Assembly: GCA_018238155.1 (NCBI GenBank)
Contig: JABCTZ010000017.1
Span: 116,949 to 180,948 of the forward strand
Source: Candidatus Heimdallarchaeota archaeon
GTDB taxonomy: Archaea; Asgardarchaeota; Heimdallarchaeia; JABLTI01
Direction: 5' to 3'
DNA length: 64,000 nucleotides
Notes under the pieces: generated by a model
The model's database searches: none
The model's input: the letters and a program-made list of their open reading frames with translations, nothing else
Told to the model about the DNA's origin: nothing
Position numbers and translations under genes: made by a program
Shown here: positions 32,850 through 43,962 of the stretch, piece by piece
How the letters are laid out: every line of letters starts with the position of its first letter
How positions within the stretch are numbered: position 1 is the first letter of the stretch

Positions 32850-35099
32850 TCATTTCTGAATTTTGCCTTCCATTTCTTCTTCCATTCTATATTTCCACTT
32901 TTGTTTGATTTCTTCAAGTGATAATTCAATAATATTAATATCATTACCGTTGCTTATTAGTAGTTTCTTCTCTTCAATTACTGTTCCAATTAAAGTAGCC
33001 GGGATTTGGTGTTGTGCAAATTGAGCTACAACCTTCCCAAGATTTTCATCAGTTGCTGTTACCAGAAATCTCCCATGTGTTTCAGAGAATAATTTGATAT
33101 CAACTCGGTCAGTATCTGCAGGTATTCGATGTAGATCTATGTTATATCCTAAATCACCAGCCATTGCCATTTCAGTTAAGGCAACAAATAGTCCACCTTT
33201 CGATAAATCATGCGATGCAGATACCAGTTCAGAATTGATGATAGACACCATGTCTGACAAAGTACTCTTAGCTTTGGTAAAATCAACTTTAGGAACTTGA
33301 CCGTTTTCTGTTTGATGAATAACTCGGGTGTATTCTGATCCACCAATTTCTGTTCTAGTTTCGCCAATAAGAATGACATGTTGTTTTGATGCTTTGAATT
33401 TACTATTCATTGCTTTTGAGACGTCTTCAAGTAGACCCGCTGCAAATATCACTGGAGAAGGCTTCACAGCAACATTATTTACTTGGTCATGGTTGTAGAA
33501 ACTAACATTGCCACCAACACAAGGAATATCAAGTGCTTTCGCTGCGTCAGCTAATCCTTCCACAACTTTTTCAAAAGTCCAGAAAACTTTTGGGTGCTCG
33601 GGATTACCAAAATTCAAACAATCTGTGAATGCTATAGGTTCTGCACCAACAGCAGCAACATTACAACATGCTTCCATTAATACTCCTGCTCCACCGTTAT
33701 ATGGATCAAGATAGCAATGATGTGAATTACCATCAAAAGTTGCTGCAATGCCTTTTTTTGAACCAAATTCAGATAATCGAAAAACGCCGCTATCGCCTTG
33801 CCCAGACTTTATTGTAGAGTAAAGACCCACTTCAGTATCATATTGACGATAAACCCATTCTCTACTTACAATATTATCACTCGTCATTATTTTTCGGCAA
33901 ATGCTATTGAGCTCCTTTATTTTTGGTTCCTTTGGCAACCATTTTCTATCGAGCTTATCAAGATAATCTGGATATTCTGCTGTCCTATTTGCAGCGGGAG
34001 GTTTAGTTAGAAGATGTGCCGGTAAGTCAACAATTGGTTTCCCTTTGTAGTTTACAACACATTTTCCAGTATCAGTTACAATACCAAGTTCCTCGAAAGG
34101 AAGTTCATACTTTTCAAAAATAGCATTTATTTTTGGAACATTTTCCAGTTTAACAACAAAGAACATCCTTTCTTGAGATTCACTAACAAGGATTTCCCAT
34201 GGTTCCATATCATCTTCTCGAATTCGTATTTTCTCCAAATCGATTTGTGTTCCAGTTCCACCTGCATCAGCAGTTTCAGAGATAGAACAAGTGACTCCTG
34301 CAGCTCCTAAATCTTTTAATCCCTCAACCACTCCCGATTTTATTGCCTCAAGAGTTGCTTCAATAATTAACTTCTTCATATATGGGTCGCCAATTTGCAC
34401 TGCTCCTCTATCACTCTCAGATTCTTCAGTAATATCCTTAGATGCAAATGATGCTCCGCCGATACCGTCTCTTCCTGTAGATCCCCCAAGTAGAATTAAT
34501 CTATCTCCTGGTGTTGTTGCTGTGCTCAGAGCCAATTCATCTTTACGCATTATGCCAAAACAACCAACGTTGATTAAGCAATTTATTTGGAATGAAGGAT
34601 CAAATTCGATTTCTCCACCTGCATTTGCAATTCCAACACAATTACCGTATCCACCTACTCCTTTCGTCACATGCTTTAGTAACCATTTTGTGTGTGGATC
34701 AGATAATTTGCCAAATCGAAAGCTATCCAATAGCCCAATTGGTCTAGCTCCCATACAAAGAATATCACGAATAATTCCACCAACACCAGTAGCTGCACCA
34801 TTATATGGATCAAGAGCTGAGGGATGATTATGCGATTCTAGTTTAAACACTAAGGCTAAACCGTCACCAATATCTACAACACCTGCATCTTCACCTGGAC
34901 CACAAATTACTCTTGGTCCTTCTGTAGGTAATTTTGGAAGAACAGGACGACTGCTTTTGTAAGAACAATGTTCTGAGTTCATAACTTCAAGCATAGCTGC
35001 TTCAGGTATAGTTAAGTCTCGTTGGAGTTCTTTGAAAACAGCTGCTTTCTCTTCTGCAGTTAAGTTAATTTCATCTTGTTGTATTGTTTCTTGTATCAA
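32850..35099 (-). CDS. purL: FGAM synthase subunit PurL
   Basis: SEHCSYKSS, ESHNHPS, TGRDGIGGA, SESQERM, GGNVSFYN. Confidence 0.97.
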   Translation of the reverse strand: MIQETIQQDEINLTAEEKAAVFKELQRDLTIPEAAMLEVMNSEHCSYKSSRPVLPKLPTEGPRVICGPGEDAGVVDIGDGLALVFKLESHNHPSALDPYNGAATGVGGIIRDILCMGARPIGLLDSFRFGKLSDPHTKWLLKHVTKGVGGYGNCVGIANAGGEIEFDPSFQINCLINVGCFGIMRKDELALSTATTPGDRLILLGGSTGRDGIGGASFASKDITEESESDRGAVQIGDPYMKKLIIEATLEAIKSGVVEGLKDLGAAGVTCSISETADAGGTGTQIDLEKIRIREDDMEPWEILVSESQERMFFVVKLENVPKINAIFEKYELPFEELGIVTDTGKCVVNYKGKPIVDLPAHLLTKPPAANRTAEYPDYLDKLDRKWLPKEPKIKELNSICRKIMTSDNIVSREWVYRQYDTEVGLYSTIKSGQGDSGVFRLSEFGSKKGIAATFDGNSHHCYLDPYNGGAGVLMEACCNVAAVGAEPIAFTDCLNFGNPEHPKVFWTFEKVVEGLADAAKALDIPCVGGNVSFYNHDQVNNVAVKPSPVIFAAGLLEDVSKAMNSKFKASKQHVILIGETRTEIGGSEYTRVIHQTENGQVPKVDFTKAKSTLSDMVSIINSELVSASHDLSKGGLFVALTEMAMAGDLGYNIDLHRIPADTDRVDIKLFSETHGRFLVTATDENLGKVVAQFAQHQIPATLIGTVIEEKKLLISNGNDINIIELSLEEIKQKWKYRMEEEMEGKIQK

Positions 35100-35101
35100 G
35101 A

Positions 35102-35817
35102 TTAACTCCTCCTCAAGAATTTCTCAATGGATTGAAAATAGAATTTTCCATCTTCGGTTTCCCATGGGCTCAGAGTGCTTTCTGCTGCTCTCTCAGGATG
35201 AGGCATTAGTCCTACAACGTTACCTTCTAAGTTAGAGATGCCAGCAATATTTTCAATTGAACCATTTGGATTTGCTTCTTTTGTTACCTCTCCTGATTCA
35301 GTTGTGTATCGCCATACGATTTGATCATTATCGTTTAATTCTTTCAATCCCTTTGTATCCAAATAGTATCGACCTTCACCATGAGCAATTGGGATTTTCC
35401 AGACATCTCCTTTCTTTGCTATGTTTGTTGCTGCACTTCTTTCAGTTTCAACACGCAAATTCGTCCATTTGCAACTGAAACGTAATGTTTCATTACCAAT
35501 AAGAGCTCCTGGTAAAAGTTCTGATTCAACAAGAATTTGAAAACCATTACAGATGCCTAAAACTGGTACACCTTCTTTGGCTCGTTCTTTTACTTTGCTC
35601 ATAACTGGTGTGAAAGCAGCAATGATTCCTGCACGTAGATGGTCTCCGTATGTGAATCCTCCGGGTAAGAAGATTGCATCATACTTTTCCAGATTCTTCA
35701 TTGCTTTTTCGTGCCATAAGAAATCAACATCCCACTCCATTACATTTCTCATCGCATTTACAAGGTCTCTATCACAAGTAGAGCCTGAGAATTGGATTAC
35801 TACAACATTCATTGGCA
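35102..35817 (-). CDS. purQ: FGAM synthase glutaminase subunit PurQ
   Basis: [33 protein letters not shown]; start estimated at MPMNVVV. Confidence 0.95.
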
Positions 35818-35847
35818 TAAATTTTTCACCACATATTTTACCAAAAA

Positions 35848-36120
35848 TCATTTTACTAATTGGATGACACACATGTGAGCTACTGGATTGTAGATTCGAA
35901 GTTCATTTACCATTTTTAAGCAAATTTCTTCTGCCTCGTTCTCATCTTTGGCTTCTAAATTTACCTTCAAAATCTTGCCACTGCGAACAGATTCGACCAT
36001 ATCATAACCATGCTTTATCATGAGATCACGCATGATTGTTTCACCCTCGGGGTCTCGAGCGTTCTTTTTTCCCTCAATAATTATTTCAACAGAAAATTTG
36101 GGCATAATATGACTTACCAC
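35848..36120 (-). CDS. purS: FGAM synthase subunit PurS
   Basis: DPEGETI, VRSGK, YNPV; upstream of purQ-purL. Confidence 0.93.
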   Translation of the reverse strand: MVSHIMPKFSVEIIIEGKKNARDPEGETIMRDLMIKHGYDMVESVRSGKILKVNLEAKDENEAEEICLKMVNELRIYNPVAHMCVIQLVK

Positions 36121-36220
36121 CTAGATCTACTATGAAATGGACTTATGTTTCCAGAGAAGAGCTTAGGTTTTAAATCTTCTTTTGAAGATGCAAAGAAAAA
36201 AAAGGAATTATTGAAAGAGA

Positions 36221-37594
36221 TTAGTTCTCTTTCGGTTTAACATAGATTCCTGCATCAGACATGACGTAAATTAAAGCATCTTTTTTATCCATTAAAAATT
36301 CTGCAAGATAATTTCTCATAGTTTCTTGAACAGACCCTTTTATTTTTACCCCACTAATTCTGAATGTCTCTTTGAGTTCTTTATGATCCATTTCAGTGAT
36401 CATATCAATTTGATTGTCTTTTAGTATTCGAAGAAGGTCCACAGGTTTTTGATTGCCAATTTTGAACGTTTCTTCGCTACATTTATTCGCAACAACCCAT
36501 GTAAGAGCTTCATCTAGATCTTTTTCTTTTATTGCGATCATTGTGTCATGATAGGCTTGATTTCCAACACCATCTTGAGCTCTTGCTAGGAGAAGAATTT
36601 TACCTCCTTTTCTGGCTGCATTCCAAGCGGCATGCATACCTTTACCTGCTTGATACAAATTCAAACCTAGATCGCTGGTGGTTATAATAACTAAATCAGC
36701 TCCTTTATCAACTTCTATTTCTCGCAAAGGTTTGAGTAAATCGCGAGCAAGGTTGTGAATAGAGATTATATCACCTGCATTAAGCAGAACTATTTTCTTA
36801 TCATTAAGGATTGCATCTATACAGAAAACTGCCTTAGTCTTTTTGACAAATTCAACCATTTCAATCATATCTTGAATGACTGGGTTTCCTTCAGTGTTCC
36901 CTAATCTACATTCAGCTTTAAAACCAGTTTCTTTTGAAAATGCTTTTGGATGGTTTCTGCTGATAGTTTTTCTCCCAGAAATACCAGGGAAGAATTGTTT
37001 TACAGTTCCTGCTACTCCGGCAAAATAGTGATATTCAGAATCTGTCATTGCAATGACGAGACAAGCATCAAGTGCTAATTTATTTAAGAAAATTGGTGTG
37101 CCTCGTGATGATGTTCCAATTTGAGTTACACCTTCATCACAATTATGACTTACAACATGGTCCTTGTATTTTTCCCATATTTCTGCACCAAGAACCTTAT
37201 TCTTTATTTCTTCTTCAGTTCCAGGTCGGTGTGTACCACTTGCTATTAGTATATGCAAATCCGATGGTGCAACTCCGTAATCTATGATTTTCGGGAAAAG
37301 TAATGGTAGAAGTATTCTAGTATGAATATTAGGGCGTGTGTTATCATCTGTTAAAATAATAACTGGTTTGCCTTTTGAATAATTTTCATCGATGAGGTCT
37401 TTTAACGAAAGACTGTCAATTGGACTCTCAATTACATCCAGTAACCTTTTGTTAATATCCTCTATCTCTTTTACTGCTCCAGTAATCTCAAGATTGCGAG
37501 CATCAATTCCTTTTGGAATAAAATAGTTAATTTCATCCGCACCATAATCTATTGGCGTGTTCATATATTCGTTAGTCATTTTTAAACCATCCAA
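36221..37594 (-). CDS. Lactate racemase (LarA) family nickel-pincer protein
   Basis: DNTRP, ASGTHR, HYFAG..G..K...PG, NLYQA.K. Confidence 0.85.
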   Translation of the reverse strand: MDGLKMTNEYMNTPIDYGADEINYFIPKGIDARNLEITGAVKEIEDINKRLLDVIESPIDSLSLKDLIDENYSKGKPVIILTDDNTRPNIHTRILLPLLFPKIIDYGVAPSDLHILIASGTHRPGTEEEIKNKVLGAEIWEKYKDHVVSHNCDEGVTQIGTSSRGTPIFLNKLALDACLVIAMTDSEYHYFAGVAGTVKQFFPGISGRKTISRNHPKAFSKETGFKAECRLGNTEGNPVIQDMIEMVEFVKKTKAVFCIDAILNDKKIVLLNAGDIISIHNLARDLLKPLREIEVDKGADLVIITTSDLGLNLYQAGKGMHAAWNAARKGGKILLLARAQDGVGNQAYHDTMIAIKEKDLDEALTWVVANKCSEETFKIGNQKPVDLLRILKDNQIDMITEMDHKELKETFRISGVKIKGSVQETMRNYLAEFLMDKKDALIYVMSDAGIYVKPKEN

Positions 37595-37722
37595 ATCGTT
37601 TTGCTATTACGAGCAACATTTCTCTGAGTGAATTATTAACATTTTTGATTAATTATAGAATGCTTTTTTCTCGAATGAAAAAGTTAATGTATGAATGTTT
37701 TTTATTAGTGTACTTGATTTTA

Positions 37723-38070
37723 ATGCCCTTAGAAAAATTGTGCTCAACGAAAGATATCCCAGAAAATGATGCTAAAAGATTCAATATCAAGAACTTTGAT
37801 ATTGCTGTTTTTAATGTGAATGGTGAATTTTACGCAATTAATCGTAAATGTACACACATGAAAGGCAACCTTGCCAAGGGTTTGGTTGAAGATACTACGG
37901 TGAGATGTCCCCTACATGGAGCAAAGTTCAATCTAAAAACCGGCGAGTTAGTAACCCATCCTGGTACAATAGCTGGTTGGTTCAAAAAAGCAAAAAATAC
38001 TACTGTGTATAAAACTAAAGTGAAAAACAATGATCTTTATGTTGATCTTCCTCAACCCATTGAGGAGTAA
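37723..38070 (+). CDS. Rieske [2Fe-2S] ferredoxin
   Basis: CTH...CPLHG motif; start set at MPLEKL. Confidence 0.9.
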   Translation: MPLEKLCSTKDIPENDAKRFNIKNFDIAVFNVNGEFYAINRKCTHMKGNLAKGLVEDTTVRCPLHGAKFNLKTGELVTHPGTIAGWFKKAKNTTVYKTKVKNNDLYVDLPQPIEE

Positions 38071-38105
38071 TTTTTTTGCTATGATTTATGGATTATTCAT
38101 AACAA

Positions 38106-38486
38106 TTATTTTTCTGACCATAAACCTAATTGGTTGCCACAGCAGTCTTCGAAAACAGCATAAAAACCAAAATTATTACCAATGTCTGTTTTTTCTCGAA
38201 CAATTTTACCTCCTAAATCGACAATTGTTTCAAGTGTAGTATTAATATTTTCTGTTTGAATATGTAACATTATTTCTCCTTTAGCAACTTTCTCTGATTC
38301 GAAGAATGCTCCACCAACACCTGTTTCACCGGTTTTGAAAAATGAATAGCCGGGCATACCTGTTTCAGTAGTGACCTCCCAAGAGAATACAGTCTCATAA
38401 AACTTTTTTGCACTTTTAATATTTCTAATTGGAATCTCTATATGAACGAATTTTTTCTCCAAAAATATCACCTGTATTTGTTTCAA
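38106..38486 (-). CDS. VOC (glyoxalase/bleomycin-resistance) family protein
   Basis: VHIEIP...AKKFY..VFSW, F.D..GN..GLW. Confidence 0.88.
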   Translation of the reverse strand: MKQIQVIFLEKKFVHIEIPIRNIKSAKKFYETVFSWEVTTETGMPGYSFFKTGETGVGGAFFESEKVAKGEIMLHIQTENINTTLETIVDLGGKIVREKTDIGNNFGFYAVFEDCCGNQLGLWSEK

Positions 38487-38726
38487 TTAAATATTAATGA
38501 AAGGAAGTTAAAAAACCTTCCAGTTAACTTTATGACTATTTTTCATTCTGAAACCATTTTTGAACCTTAAGCAAACCATTGCTAGAGCTCCTTTATAGGA
38601 TAATTTGTTTATAGTTATACTGCAGATAAAATTGAGCTAATATTCATAATCAAGACTGTACTCTTTCAACACCCATTTGATCTCCAGAATAAAGCTCATC
38701 GATTAAAAATATTTGAGGTAAAAGAA

Positions 38727-39710
38727 ATGAAAACAAAAATTATTATTGGTATAGCATTCATTGCAATATTGCTTCTACCAATTTCAACACAATTCACCTC
38801 TGCACAGGGTGATCAAATAAATGTTGATGATAAACCAGGAATGATTACAATAACTACCGAATATATTACCTTCAAATTTACTGAAGGGAGACCTAATTTT
38901 ACTTGGTGGAATGGTAACACTAGTTCTTCAGATGAAATGTATAATGTTCATTATATGACGATTTCTGAATATTTTGGCGATGATGAGATCCTAGATGGTT
39001 TAAATGAACTAATTGGTGGTTTAAGCTACAATTTACTTACCAGTGTTTGGTCAACAGATGTAGTTGAAGAAGATGAAAATGTAACAATCACAATGACCAT
39101 GTCAGGTTTAGCAAATGATGTTGAATTACAATTCATAGTTCATATTTATACTTCTGATCAAGTTATAGTTGGGACGGATTCAGTTGTCGAAGGTTTAACT
39201 GAAATAAAATTTGATATTGTGGTTAAGAATTGGCAATTCTCTGAAGGAGCTCAAGGTTTAGGTATAAAAGCTCAGATTCATGAATCGCAAAGACGAAACC
39301 GTGTTCGCATCAGAAGTGGTTCTGTTGAAGAAAATGGTAATAGATCCCGCCTTATGCAATTTGAAAGTGATGAATATAACAATGCCATAGTAGCTTATTA
39401 TGAATGGGCAACTTTTGCTGATATTTATAATGGATCCGAAAAAATAGACACAATAGACGTAGGTACTACTTATTTCAATGATGATATCCCAGGTCCAGGT
39501 GAAGGTCCCTTAGGTGGAGATCACAAAATACACAATCAATGGCTTACGTATCCAAATTACGGAGATTCCTTAACGATGATTCATGATCCATCAATAGGTG
39601 TGGATCCAACTGCAATTAGTAACAATCTTTCACTTACCATTCTCCCAATAATTGGTGGTATACTTGCACCCATTTTAGTGGTAAGTCTAGTAAAAAGAAA
39701 AAGACACTAA
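38727..39710 (+). CDS. Secreted/surface protein with C-terminal TM anchor and basic tail
   Basis: Signal peptide, HDPSIG, TM + KRKRH. Confidence 0.75.
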   Translation: MKTKIIIGIAFIAILLLPISTQFTSAQGDQINVDDKPGMITITTEYITFKFTEGRPNFTWWNGNTSSSDEMYNVHYMTISEYFGDDEILDGLNELIGGLSYNLLTSVWSTDVVEEDENVTITMTMSGLANDVELQFIVHIYTSDQVIVGTDSVVEGLTEIKFDIVVKNWQFSEGAQGLGIKAQIHESQRRNRVRIRSGSVEENGNRSRLMQFESDEYNNAIVAYYEWATFADIYNGSEKIDTIDVGTTYFNDDIPGPGEGPLGGDHKIHNQWLTYPNYGDSLTMIHDPSIGVDPTAISNNLSLTILPIIGGILAPILVVSLVKRKRH

Positions 39711-39829
39711 ATAGAAATTTGTGATTATGGACTTTTTTCCAAAATCACTTTCTTTTTATCTAAATAAAAAAAATTGTAAAGAACAATAATTTAATGTAGC
39801 ATAGAATACAATAATTCTTGAGGTAATTC

Positions 39830-40960
39830 TTGATGTATCAATTTCAGAGAAAATATACCAAATTATTCATTTTGGTTCTAATTCCAATTATTTTGACATC
39901 AATGATTATTGCTTATCAAATAGATCCAATTGATAATTCTAAGCAACAGCGAATTCCAGCTCCTAATCGCTTATTCACTACCAACGAATTGTCTCCTAAT
40001 GCAATTGAAAATGAGACCTTATTAGTTCATACAATGGAAATTGATATTCAAAATGATGAGTCTTTGAAAATCATTTCTACTTTTGTTTTAACAAATGACG
40101 ATACAGAGCCAATCAAATACTTCTGCTTAGAGATTAACAAGACCATTTCATCCGTTTTTTGTTATAATCCAATTGGTTCCTTACCTTTTACATGGATAGT
40201 TGATCCAATTATTGGAAATAAAATTAACATTTCTATAGGTTATCCTTTGCTTCAAGGGGAAATCTATGTCTTCTCTGTTTCGTATGAAATTGAAGATATT
40301 ATTTATCATGTAGACCAACCAGAAGAATATTTTGGACTTGAGTTTGATACAAGGCATATTAGAAAAACAAATCTGTTTAGATTAATATTGAATTTACCTC
40401 ATTATAGTATTCTCCTTGAGGGAAGCATTCCCGTGCCGGTTTTTCCAACACCAGTAAGTATTTCTTCTGAAGATAATTTCTTAAGAATAACTTGGGAAGC
40501 ATCAAACCTCAATATTGATGATACAGATGTTTTTCTAGTTCGGTATAAAATAGACTTTACTTCAGAAGGAGAGACTAATCCAAACCTTCTGCCTCTTTAT
40601 ATTGTTCTAGCTTTTATTGGTGGAATTGCATTAAGTGTATTGATTTTTTTCCTTTTCTATAGACTGAAATTGAAACCAGTTGAATCAGGCTTAGTAAGCT
40701 CGTTATTGTCAAATACTGAACATGAAGTAATAAAGGCGATAAATGATGACAGTGGTGTTTCAACTCAAAGACGTATTTGTGATAAAACTGGTTATTCAAA
40801 ATCTAAGGTTTCTCAAATATTGTCAAAATTGGAAGAAAAAGATGTTCTAAAACGCGAACGATGGGGACGAACGAATAAGGTTACAATTACCAATCCTTCC
40901 TTCAAAACATTAGGCCAAAATGAAACACTGAACAAACAGCAAGAAAAAACAACGAAATAA
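39830..40960 (+). CDS. Membrane-anchored wHTH transcriptional regulator (COG2512-like)
   Basis: Extracellular beta domain, TM, then TQRRI...GYSKSKVSQILSKLEEK...RERWGRTNKV. Confidence 0.85.
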   Translation: MMYQFQRKYTKLFILVLIPIILTSMIIAYQIDPIDNSKQQRIPAPNRLFTTNELSPNAIENETLLVHTMEIDIQNDESLKIISTFVLTNDDTEPIKYFCLEINKTISSVFCYNPIGSLPFTWIVDPIIGNKINISIGYPLLQGEIYVFSVSYEIEDIIYHVDQPEEYFGLEFDTRHIRKTNLFRLILNLPHYSILLEGSIPVPVFPTPVSISSEDNFLRITWEASNLNIDDTDVFLVRYKIDFTSEGETNPNLLPLYIVLAFIGGIALSVLIFFLFYRLKLKPVESGLVSSLLSNTEHEVIKAINDDSGVSTQRRICDKTGYSKSKVSQILSKLEEKDVLKRERWGRTNKVTITNPSFKTLGQNETLNKQQEKTTK

Positions 40961-41041
40961 AATGTCTCTCTAATTTTGCAAATACTTTTTTACTGCAATC
41001 CACTATTGATTATTACGGATAATTTTTACGGTGAACTTTAA

Positions 41042-41827
41042 GTGACAACCACTAAAGAAAAAAAAACTATTATTCCCGGAGCGGAACCATTTCGACTAAA
41101 AAATAAAGGTGCTAAAGTACTATTAATTCACGGTTTTACTGCATCCCCAACAGAACTAAGACCCATAGGGGATTTCCTCCACAAAAAAGGATACGATATT
41201 TATTCAGTTCTACTTGCAGGTCATGGAACCACTCCTCAAGATTTACAAACAAAGAAGTGGGTTGATTGGTGGGAATCAGCTAAAACTGCATTTGAAGAAA
41301 TTGATAATTGCGATTTTGTTTTAGGATTCTCTATGGGTGCACTATTAGCGAGTAGATTGGCTGTCGAATATCAACAAAAAATGAAAGGGGTAATATTAGC
41401 TTCTGCTTTTCTACGTATAAATCCTAAAATATTGTCAAAAGTCGCTTTCACATTTTCTGTGCTAAAATATATTAAACCATATTTCTCAAAAAGCCTTGAG
41501 ACTGAACAATTCTTTAAAGACAATAATTTGATTAGCTACATGAAATATCCAATGAGTGCTGTTCATGAATCTGTGAAATTATCAAAATACACTGAAAAAA
41601 AGATTCTACCAAAAATAACTATTCCAACACTAATCATTCAAGGATTGAAAGATGACCGTATAGATCCTGACAATTATAAAATCCAAGATAAATTGATACC
41701 GGCAAAAGATAAACACATTGAACTTCTACCGGAATCAGAGCATATTATTACTGTAGGACCAGATACAGAGCAATTATTTACTTCTATACTCAGTTTTCTG
41801 AAAGCCCATGAGAAACGAATAATCTAG
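41042..41827 (+). CDS. Alpha/beta hydrolase (carboxylesterase)
   Basis: LIHGFTASP, GHGT, GFSMGA, D and H of triad. Confidence 0.9.
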   Translation: MTTTKEKKTIIPGAEPFRLKNKGAKVLLIHGFTASPTELRPIGDFLHKKGYDIYSVLLAGHGTTPQDLQTKKWVDWWESAKTAFEEIDNCDFVLGFSMGALLASRLAVEYQQKMKGVILASAFLRINPKILSKVAFTFSVLKYIKPYFSKSLETEQFFKDNNLISYMKYPMSAVHESVKLSKYTEKKILPKITIPTLIIQGLKDDRIDPDNYKIQDKLIPAKDKHIELLPESEHIITVGPDTEQLFTSILSFLKAHEKRII

Positions 41828-41906
41828 TTCTCCTTTTCTTTTCGAAACGAAATCATTAGAAAGACTTAAGATTAACACTTAACTCATTTTTTTCCAAGTA
41901 ACTCAA

Positions 41907-43061
41907 ATGAGGAATTTTATTTTGAAAGAGAAGACTTCAGCTGGTTCCGAAACTGAATCGGAAGTCGATAATGAGGTGCAAGATTTGGACGAAAAAGGTG
42001 AAACCTATTCTAAATCAGGTGTTGATATTGTTGAAGAGGGTGCTGTTATTGAAGAAATTTGGAAACTGCTTCCAAAGACATTCAAAGTGAATCCAAATGT
42101 AAAGTTCTTACCAGCAATGGCTCATTATGGTGGAATAGTCGATATTGGTATGCCTGACAAATATCTAGTTGTTGCTGTTGATGGAGTTGGATCTAAGGTT
42201 CTCATAGCAGAAATGTTAGATAAATTCGATACTGTTGGTATTGATTGTGTTGCAATGAATGTCAATGATCTAATCTGCGTCGGTGCTCAGCCATTAGTTT
42301 TTGTAGATTATTATGCAATAGAAAAAGCTGACACTGAAATTGCCAAACAAATTGTTAAGGGACTTGTTGATGGTGCCATTCAATCAAAAATGGTTATTAT
42401 TGGGGGCGAAACTGCTACCTTACCTGATATTATCAGAGGACACGATGGGAAAGGATTTGATCTTGCAGGAACCGCTATTGGAATGGTTGATAAAGATAAA
42501 CTAGTTTTAGGTGAGAAAATATCCACAGATGACATTGTTATTGGCATTGAGAGTAATGGATTACATTCCAATGGCTATTCTCTTGCTAGAAGTGTTCTAC
42601 TTGAAGAGCATTCTGTGAATGATGAAGTTGAAGGCATTCATATTGGAAAAACATTGCTTGAACCAACATTGATCTATGTTCAGGAAATTCTCGAAATGAT
42701 AGAAAAGGCTGAAATTCATGGATTGGCAAATATTACCGGCGGAGCATTTCTAAAATTGGCTAGATTAATACGCCAATCAAAAACACCCATAGGTGTTCAT
42801 CTAAATTCCATGCCAGAACCGCTGCCAATATTCAAATTGATCCAAAAATTAGGTAATGTTTCTGATAAGGAAATGTATAAGACATTCAACATGGGTATAG
42901 GATTCTGTATTATCGCACCAGAATCAGAATTCGACACTATTGCTGAAATCTGCAAAAAAAATGGAAAGAAAACCTATAAGATTGGTAAAATTATTCCCGA
43001 AAAGAAAATTGTTCTCGAGATAGCAGGTGAGATAATAGAGTATCCGGCAGATAAATATTGA
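41907..43061 (+). CDS. purM: AIR synthetase
   Basis: Y..SGVDI, DGVGSK, AMNVNDL, GGETA, SNGLHSNGYSL, TFNMGIG. Confidence 0.97.
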   Translation: MRNFILKEKTSAGSETESEVDNEVQDLDEKGETYSKSGVDIVEEGAVIEEIWKLLPKTFKVNPNVKFLPAMAHYGGIVDIGMPDKYLVVAVDGVGSKVLIAEMLDKFDTVGIDCVAMNVNDLICVGAQPLVFVDYYAIEKADTEIAKQIVKGLVDGAIQSKMVIIGGETATLPDIIRGHDGKGFDLAGTAIGMVDKDKLVLGEKISTDDIVIGIESNGLHSNGYSLARSVLLEEHSVNDEVEGIHIGKTLLEPTLIYVQEILEMIEKAEIHGLANITGGAFLKLARLIRQSKTPIGVHLNSMPEPLPIFKLIQKLGNVSDKEMYKTFNMGIGFCIIAPESEFDTIAEICKKNGKKTYKIGKIIPEKKIVLEIAGEIIEYPADKY

Positions 43062-43068
43062 TCAGTAT

Positions 43069-43881
43069 TTATTTGCTCAAAAACTCTCCAATCTCTTCTT
43101 TTTTTATTGTTCCTTTGTGAAAAGCAGTTGCTATTAAAGCTCCTTCAATATTCTTTTCTTTCAAAGCTACTAAATCTTGAATGCTTCTTACACCACCACC
43201 ACTGTACACAGGAATGGCATTAATTTGTGATGCAATGTCAATCAGCTGCTGATTTAGTGGTCCGGATTGACTTCCGACTTTCTGCAATTCAAGAATAATT
43301 ATCGCGTGTATCCCTAATGTCTCAGCATGTTTTGCCAGTTTTACCGGTGAGACTTCTTTCATTCTTTCATTGTTTGCCACAAGCTTCCCGTCCTGAAAGT
43401 CAATACTGAGAATAATTTTCTCAGCACCAAATGCTTCAACTGCTTGATCAAGAATGAGTGGTGAATCAATTGTTTCTGTTCCTAAAATCACATGATCTAC
43501 ACCTAACGATAAAATATCTTTAATATCTTCTATCGTTCTGCAACCACAATCTATCATTACCTTGATTTTGGGATTCTTTACAATCTCAATGATTTGTTGA
43601 TAGTTAGGATTGTCTTCTTCAATAGAATTTGTCTCTTTTCGTTGTATGGAATCTAAATCGGCAATATAAAAAAGGTCTAATTGTAATTCTCTATAGATAT
43701 CATTCACTACAGAAACAGGTTCAATACTATCTGTAATTACAGAATCCTTGATTGGTTGGTAACTATCACGTTGTCCGCCAATCCCTTGAACCACTTTACC
43801 AGATAATAAATCAAGTACGGGAATAATTATCATAGGTAAAATACCAATAATTATTAATAAATAAACTTTCGCTCTTAACAA
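43069..43881 (-). CDS. HisA/HisF-related TIM-barrel protein (COG1411-like)
   Basis: IIPVLDL..G.VV.G..G.R..Y.PI, YIADLDSI, LGTET, GGGVR..DL. Confidence 0.8.
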   Translation of the reverse strand: MLRAKVYLLIIIGILPMIIIPVLDLLSGKVVQGIGGQRDSYQPIKDSVITDSIEPVSVVNDIYRELQLDLFYIADLDSIQRKETNSIEEDNPNYQQIIEIVKNPKIKVMIDCGCRTIEDIKDILSLGVDHVILGTETIDSPLILDQAVEAFGAEKIILSIDFQDGKLVANNERMKEVSPVKLAKHAETLGIHAIIILELQKVGSQSGPLNQQLIDIASQINAIPVYSGGGVRSIQDLVALKEKNIEGALIATAFHKGTIKKEEIGEFLSK

Positions 43882-43962
43882 CAGTGAAAAAAAGTCTTTA
43901 TTAAGGATTAAGAATGTTATATTGATTATCGCATACTAAATATTAGGAGCAAAACACTAAGA

